64,000 nt of DNA from Thainema sp. (GTDB taxonomy: Bacteria > Cyanobacteriota > Cyanobacteriia > Phormidesmidales > Phormidesmidaceae), in the NCBI GenBank assembly GCA_052168235.1, contig JBQLZK010000015.1, positions 32,001 to 96,000 on the forward strand, given 5' to 3'. Under the pieces are notes generated by a model. That model ran no database searches and was not told the DNA's origin. It saw only the letters and a list, made by a program, of their open reading frames with translations. This document shows positions 59,801 to 64,000 of the stretch, piece after piece (position 1 is the stretch's first letter; every line of letters begins with the position of its first letter). Made by a program: the position numbers and the translations under genes.

Positions 59801-61492
59801 CTGTGATTTCAGAAGTTCCGAGCAGTGGTCAATGATTTGTCGGAAGTCTGGTTCGGTTTCATAAAGCTCCTGCGCCATCTGAACGTACTGCGTACCCTGG
59901 CCTGGGAACAGAAAGGCCACCGTTGGCTGCTCCTCAGCTTGGGCAGTTGGCTCCAATCGGCTAGCCTGCAGAGCCGCGATCGCGTCGCCGCGATTTTGAC
60001 ACACCACCATCCGTCGATGGGCAAAATCGACCCGTCCTACTTGCAGCGTATAAGCGACATCTGCCAAGTTGATATCTGGTTGGGATTCAAGATGCTGCGC
60101 TAAATTATGAGCTGCCTGCTCCAATGCCTGGGCAGTCTTGGCCGATAGCATCAGCACCTGCCAGGATCGAGATGAATGAGATGAATTGGATTGAGATCGC
60201 ACAGGTGCTTCTTCCAGCACCACATGGGCATTAGTGCCGCCGATACCCATGGCGCTCACCCCAGCTCGACGCGGTGCTGTCGCCTGCCAGTCTTGCAGTT
60301 GGGTATTAACGTAAAACGGGCTATTGACAAAGTCAATCTGGGGATTGGGTTGCTCGAAATGCAGACTAGGTGGAAGTTGGCGGTGATGGAGTGCCAGAAC
60401 GGTTTTAATCAGTCCAGCAATCCCAGCCGCCGCATCTAAATGACCAATGTTGGATTTAACTGAACCAATGGCGCAAAACTGACGCTGTGAGGTGTTAAAT
60501 GCTTGAGTCAAGGCTGCAATCTCAATCGGGTCGCCTAGAGCAGTGCCAGTACCGTGAGCCTCAATATAGGAAAGGGTTTCTGGCTCCACCTCGGCTAAAG
60601 CTAATGCTTCTGCGATCGCAGCTGCCTGTCCATCTACACTGGGCGCAGTGTAGCCCACTTTATCAGCTCCATCGTTATTGATGGCTGCACCACGAATCAC
60701 AGCATAAATAAGATCTCGATCTGCGATCGCATCGTCTAAGCGCTTGAGAACGACTATGCCAACGCCATTGCCGCCGACCGTGCCCTGAGCTTGAGCATCG
60801 AAGGCGCGACAGTGGCCATCGGGTGAGAAAATGCCGCCAGCCTGATAGCGATAGCCTGCAGTTTGGGGCGTATGAATCGAAACGCCCCCAGCCAGTGCCA
60901 TATCACACTGATACGTGAGAAGACTTTGGCAGGCTAGAGCTGTTGCTACCAGAGAGGTTGAGCAGGCTGTCTGCACTGTCAAACTCGGACCTTTCAAATT
61001 TAACTTGTAGGAAACGCGGCTGCTGAGAAAATCTTTGTCGTTACCCAAAAGGGTTTGGTAGTTCCCCACAGTTGCCGTCAAATCAGGCCGAGCCTGTAAA
61101 ACCTGCCAGTAGTCATTGCTGCTAACGCCAGCGTAGACCCCAACGCGATCGCGGCACTGGGTCGGTGCATAGCCTGCGCGTTCCAGAGCTTCCCAAGCAC
61201 ATTCTAGAAAAACGCGCTGCTGCGGATCCATTAAGGTAGCTTCCTTAGGGCTATAGCCGAAAAAGGCAGCATCGAAGCAATCAACATCTTCCAGAGGCGC
61301 TCCAGCCTTAACATAGTTTGGATCACGCAGACAGGCTGGATCAACGCCAGCAGTTAGCACCTCTGCATCGGTAAACGTGCAGACGGATTCAATCCCAGCC
61401 GCAAGATTGTGCCAAAACTGTTCCACGCTGCCCGCTCCAGGAAAGCGCCCGGCCAAGCTGATGATGGCAATATCATCGGGTCGATTAGTCAT
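56873..61492 (-). CDS. type I PKS: KS-AT(malonyl)-KR(degenerate)-ACP
   Basis: KS QTACSTS, EAHGTGT, NIGHL; AT GHSLG and HAFHS; KR ITGGLAGIG but HAAAN in place of YAAAN; ACP GGHSL. Confidence 0.92.
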   Translation of the reverse strand: MTNRPDDIAIISLAGRFPGAGSVEQFWHNLAAGIESVCTFTDAEVLTAGVDPACLRDPNYVKAGAPLEDVDCFDAAFFGYSPKEATLMDPQQRVFLECAWEALERAGYAPTQCRDRVGVYAGVSSNDYWQVLQARPDLTATVGNYQTLLGNDKDFLSSRVSYKLNLKGPSLTVQTACSTSLVATALACQSLLTYQCDMALAGGVSIHTPQTAGYRYQAGGIFSPDGHCRAFDAQAQGTVGGNGVGIVVLKRLDDAIADRDLIYAVIRGAAINNDGADKVGYTAPSVDGQAAAIAEALALAEVEPETLSYIEAHGTGTALGDPIEIAALTQAFNTSQRQFCAIGSVKSNIGHLDAAAGIAGLIKTVLALHHRQLPPSLHFEQPNPQIDFVNSPFYVNTQLQDWQATAPRRAGVSAMGIGGTNAHVVLEEAPVRSQSNSSHSSRSWQVLMLSAKTAQALEQAAHNLAQHLESQPDINLADVAYTLQVGRVDFAHRRMVVCQNRGDAIAALQASRLEPTAQAEEQPTVAFLFPGQGTQYVQMAQELYETEPDFRQIIDHCSELLKSQLDWDLRSQIYPHPDQLESAQVQLQATATAQLALFVVEYALAQLWIKWGIQPQALLGHSLGEYVAACLAGVFSLSDALHLVAVRGQLMQQMPAGQMLSVALSADQIQPYLGDELWLAANNAPQLCVVSGTATAIAALQTRLEQDGIFCRRLKTSHAFHSPLMDGALEPFRSAVSQVRLHPPQIPLISNITGTWLTAEEATSSDYWVNHLRQPVQFSQGMSELLHQQPSILLEVGPGHTLATLARQQPLGDTQILSSLRHPQDSVSDTAFLLRAMGQLWLAGVTVDWSTFYVHEQRQRVLLPSYPFERQRYWIEPASMPIRSTAAPELRAPIDQWFYLPTWVRSHIPYALTSDSSRQIWLLFLDERGIGERLARRLSAMNQTIISVQVGTQFQQQDNRYWLDPCQPEDYQLLVRSLIQAGQFPDVIAHGWSLSASSAAFGFNQFDIDRFNAAQDLGFYSVLYLAQAIQQAEPSRPLTLWLLTNQVHDVTGAELLRPEQATVVGTHAVIAQECPTIQCRSLDIAVPEILTTDLTNRIVSCLQAELMHPTADRVIAYRSQHRWVQTFEPLQVPASEQPLSQLRSQGVYLITGGLAGIGAALAEYLAQAVQAKLAFIEFEALPPRAEWSQWLVAQPESHPICRKIRHIKHLESLGAEVLVCTADISHLKQMQSAIAQVEARWGSLHGVLHTAETTAEASFRPIRQTGRRESEWQFAPKIKGLQVLAEVLAPKYLDFCVVQSSIASQLGGFIAHAAANWFMDALVPALNQLQPTPWISVNWEGWRFWQHSGGSAQELTATATLSPDEGIETFKRILTLRNIPQVVVSTTSLATRIQQQACRSISAPTASTEASAGGSPEDGVAGDQPRNAIEKTVATIWQDLLGIDTIGIHTSFFELGGHSLLAVQVMSRIREAFQVELPLRILLIEQPTIAGLATAIADQLSPTDYSSQSPSDDLDAVQDILDDLEGLSPEDLEALLAKS

Positions 61493-64000
61493 GGCGTCCT
61501 CCTTGTCTCTGAAGTCTACGCCGCTGTAGAGCAGCCTTCTGGCGTTCAGCCTGCGCTTGAGCCGTAGCCACTAAGGATTCAGCAGGTTGGTCAAGATAGG
61601 CTGCGATCGCATGAATCGTGGGATAGCGGAAGAGATCCACCAGGGAAACCTCACGGTTGAGCTGTGTCTGGAGCTGGCTCTGCACCTGCACCAGCAGAAG
61701 GGAGTGACCACCTAGATCAAAGAAATTATCGTGTAGTCCCACTCGATCCAGGTTGAGTACCGATTGCCAAATATCTGCGATCGCGCGTTCCAGTTCAGCT
61801 TTAGGTGCAATATACGTATTGCCCAATTCAGGCCGATCCGTAGAGGGGGCGGGCAAGGCTTGGCGATCCACTTTGCCGTTAACCGTTAAGGGGAACTGAT
61901 CCAGAATCACGAAGGCTGCAGGCACCATATAGTCAGGCAACTGTCGCCGCAGCCAATTCCGTAGTTCAGCGATTTGAATCGAGGGTCTATCCGTACCCTC
62001 TCGCTTGGAGCTTGAAACCCCTACTAGATAAGCCACTAAACGGTGTTGCTCGGGCTGATCCGTACGGGCAATCACGACGGCTTCACGCACAGCGGGATGC
62101 TGGGTTAAAGCAGCTTCAATCTCACCCAGCTCAACTCGATAGCCGCGGATCTTGACTTGGTGGTCGATGCGGCCCAGAAACTCGATCGTGCCATCAGAAC
62201 GATAGCGGGCAAGGTCTCCGGTTTTGTATAAGCGTGAGGTGTGAGGCGTGAGGTGTGAAGCATGGGTGTTGGAGGGTGAGCGCTGAGTGCTGAGTGCTGA
62301 GGAGTGAGGAAGTAGATGGGTGGATGGGTGGATGGGTGGATGAATGGTTGAGGAATTGAAAGTATGGGTGGGTGGGTTAGCGAAAGGGTTGGGGATAAAG
62401 CGTTCGCGGGTCAGGTCAGGCCGATTTAAGTAGCCACGGGCAACTCCCATACCGCCGATATAGAGTTCGCCGACGACGCCAATGGGGACGGGCTGGAGCT
62501 GATCATCCAAAATATAAAGCTGGGTGTTGATAATCGGGCGACCGATGGGAATGGAGCCAGAGCGCGGATCGCCGGGTTGGACGGTGTGAACGCAGCAGCC
62601 GACAACGGTTTCGGTCGGGCCGTACTCATTGACCAGTTGCGTATGGGGAGCGCGATCGCGCCAGATATTGACCTGCTCAGCCGATAGGTTCTCGCCCCCG
62701 ATAATAAAGGCATGGGTGCGTTCAGACAGTTCATCGGCAGCAAGCTGGTGGCTCAGTAGTTCAAGCTGAGCCGGGGTAATCTTGACCAAGCTGAAGTTAG
62801 AGCGGCGGCGTAGCCCAGTGGCCAAGGCTTCTAGACCCCAGGCTTCCGGCAATAGCTCCACGGTCTGACCCGCCAGCAGCGGCGAGAACAGACTGGTGAT
62901 GGTCATGTCGAAAGAGATGGAGGAGTGGACGGGCGATCCCTGCCCAGCCTGAAGCGGATACGCCTGCTGACACCAGGTAAGGTAGTTTACCAGTCCCCGC
63001 TGTTCAATCATCACGCCTTTGGGTTTACCCGTTGAACCGGAGGTATAAATCACATAGGCTAGCTGATCAAGTGTGACAGTATGACCTAAATTGGTGGTGG
63101 GCTGCTGTGCGATCGCAATTGTCTGCGTATCCAGTTCAACTCGGTTCGGCGGCGTTTGGTCAGAGGTAAGCTCAAGCTGTGCCCAGGTCTCCGACTGGGT
63201 CAGCAGCACATCAAGCTGGCTGTCCTGCATCATGAAGGCCAACCGCTCTGGCGGATAGCTTGGATCAAGCGGTACATAAGCGCCACCTGCTTTCAAGATG
63301 GCGAGGAGACTCACCAGCAACCGAGGCGTTCGCGGCAGGCAGACTCCCACCAACTGCTCAGAGGTGACACCCATGCTTTGCAGATAGTGAGCCAGTTGAT
63401 TAGCCTGCTGATTTAGTTCGCGGTAGGTCAGTTGCTGATCCATATAGCGAAGTGCGATCGCATCAGGCGTTCGTTCCACCTGATCCTCAAATAGCTGATG
63501 AAAAGCTCCATCGGGAATGGGAGCAGCAGTCTGATTCCAGTCCACTAAAATTTGTTGCCGTTCGGGAGCCGTGAGCAGCGGCAACGTAGCAAGGGGCTGA
63601 TCTGGATCTGCCACAATCCCCGCCAGCAATTGCTGGAAATGCTGCATCATGCGGCGAATGGTTTCCGGTGCAAATAGATCAGTATTGTATTCCCAATGTC
63701 CCTGTATTCCTTGCTCTGTCTCAATCAGCGACAAAGTGAGGTCAAATTTGGCTGTTCCCGTTTCGACTTCGGCTAGATCAACGGTAAGATTTGGCCAATC
63801 GAGGCGAGTTGGCAACTGCTGTAAATCAAGCATGACCTGAACCAGTGGGCTATAGCTCGGATCGCGCTGAGGCTGTAGGGTTTCGACCAGGGTTTGGAAT
63901 GGGACTGCGGCATGACTGTAAGCATCTAGGGCAACACGACGCACCTGCTTTAGAAAGTTGCGGAATGATACCTGAGCAGACGGATGTGTGCGAAAGACCA
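61485..64000 (-). CDS. NRPS, 5' end outside the window: (C)-A(Asn-like)-PCP
   Basis: Frame open to the window edge; YTSGSTGKPKG; A code DMTKIGEVGK; GGHS PCP; basic C-terminal docking tail. Confidence 0.9.
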   Translation of the reverse strand, partial: VFRTHPSAQVSFRNFLKQVRRVALDAYSHAAVPFQTLVETLQPQRDPSYSPLVQVMLDLQQLPTRLDWPNLTVDLAEVETGTAKFDLTLSLIETEQGIQGHWEYNTDLFAPETIRRMMQHFQQLLAGIVADPDQPLATLPLLTAPERQQILVDWNQTAAPIPDGAFHQLFEDQVERTPDAIALRYMDQQLTYRELNQQANQLAHYLQSMGVTSEQLVGVCLPRTPRLLVSLLAILKAGGAYVPLDPSYPPERLAFMMQDSQLDVLLTQSETWAQLELTSDQTPPNRVELDTQTIAIAQQPTTNLGHTVTLDQLAYVIYTSGSTGKPKGVMIEQRGLVNYLTWCQQAYPLQAGQGSPVHSSISFDMTITSLFSPLLAGQTVELLPEAWGLEALATGLRRRSNFSLVKITPAQLELLSHQLAADELSERTHAFIIGGENLSAEQVNIWRDRAPHTQLVNEYGPTETVVGCCVHTVQPGDPRSGSIPIGRPIINTQLYILDDQLQPVPIGVVGELYIGGMGVARGYLNRPDLTRERFIPNPFANPPTHTFNSSTIHPPIHPSTHLLPHSSALSTQRSPSNTHASHLTPHTSRLYKTGDLARYRSDGTIEFLGRIDHQVKIRGYRVELGEIEAALTQHPAVREAVVIARTDQPEQHRLVAYLVGVSSSKREGTDRPSIQIAELRNWLRRQLPDYMVPAAFVILDQFPLTVNGKVDRQALPAPSTDRPELGNTYIAPKAELERAIADIWQSVLNLDRVGLHDNFFDLGGHSLLLVQVQSQLQTQLNREVSLVDLFRYPTIHAIAAYLDQPAESLVATAQAQAERQKAALQRRRLQRQGGRHD

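Overview
Cyanobacterial DNA (HIP1 octamer GCGATCGC recurs throughout), most likely a conjugative plasmid; no rep or integrase gene is visible. 1-12 kb: a minus-strand block with a truncated DNA methyltransferase, ssb, candidate T4SS cargo proteins, a cell-wall hydrolase, an AAA ATPase and parM/parR. 12.0-12.4 kb: a parC-like repeat array and a candidate oriT. 12.4-26.3 kb: mobC, relaxase, a cyanobacterial-type T4SS and the coupling protein. 26.3-32.8 kb: parAB with two identical 18-bp palindromes, a DUF1016 nuclease, and recD2 bracketed by two matching 42-bp inverted-repeat sites. 33.2-64 kb: the 3' part of an NRPS/PKS cluster predicted to build ...Asn-(ketide)-Gly-D-betaOHAsp-Thr-D-betaOHAsp, a beta-hydroxyaspartate siderophore-like product, ending in an unusual E-R pair followed by a free aminotransferase. 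All five adenylation domains carry 7/8-nt tandem-repeat inserts in the same loop. One insert is out of frame by an amount that a single repeat-unit slip would repair. All calls come from reading motifs by eye; no searches were run.
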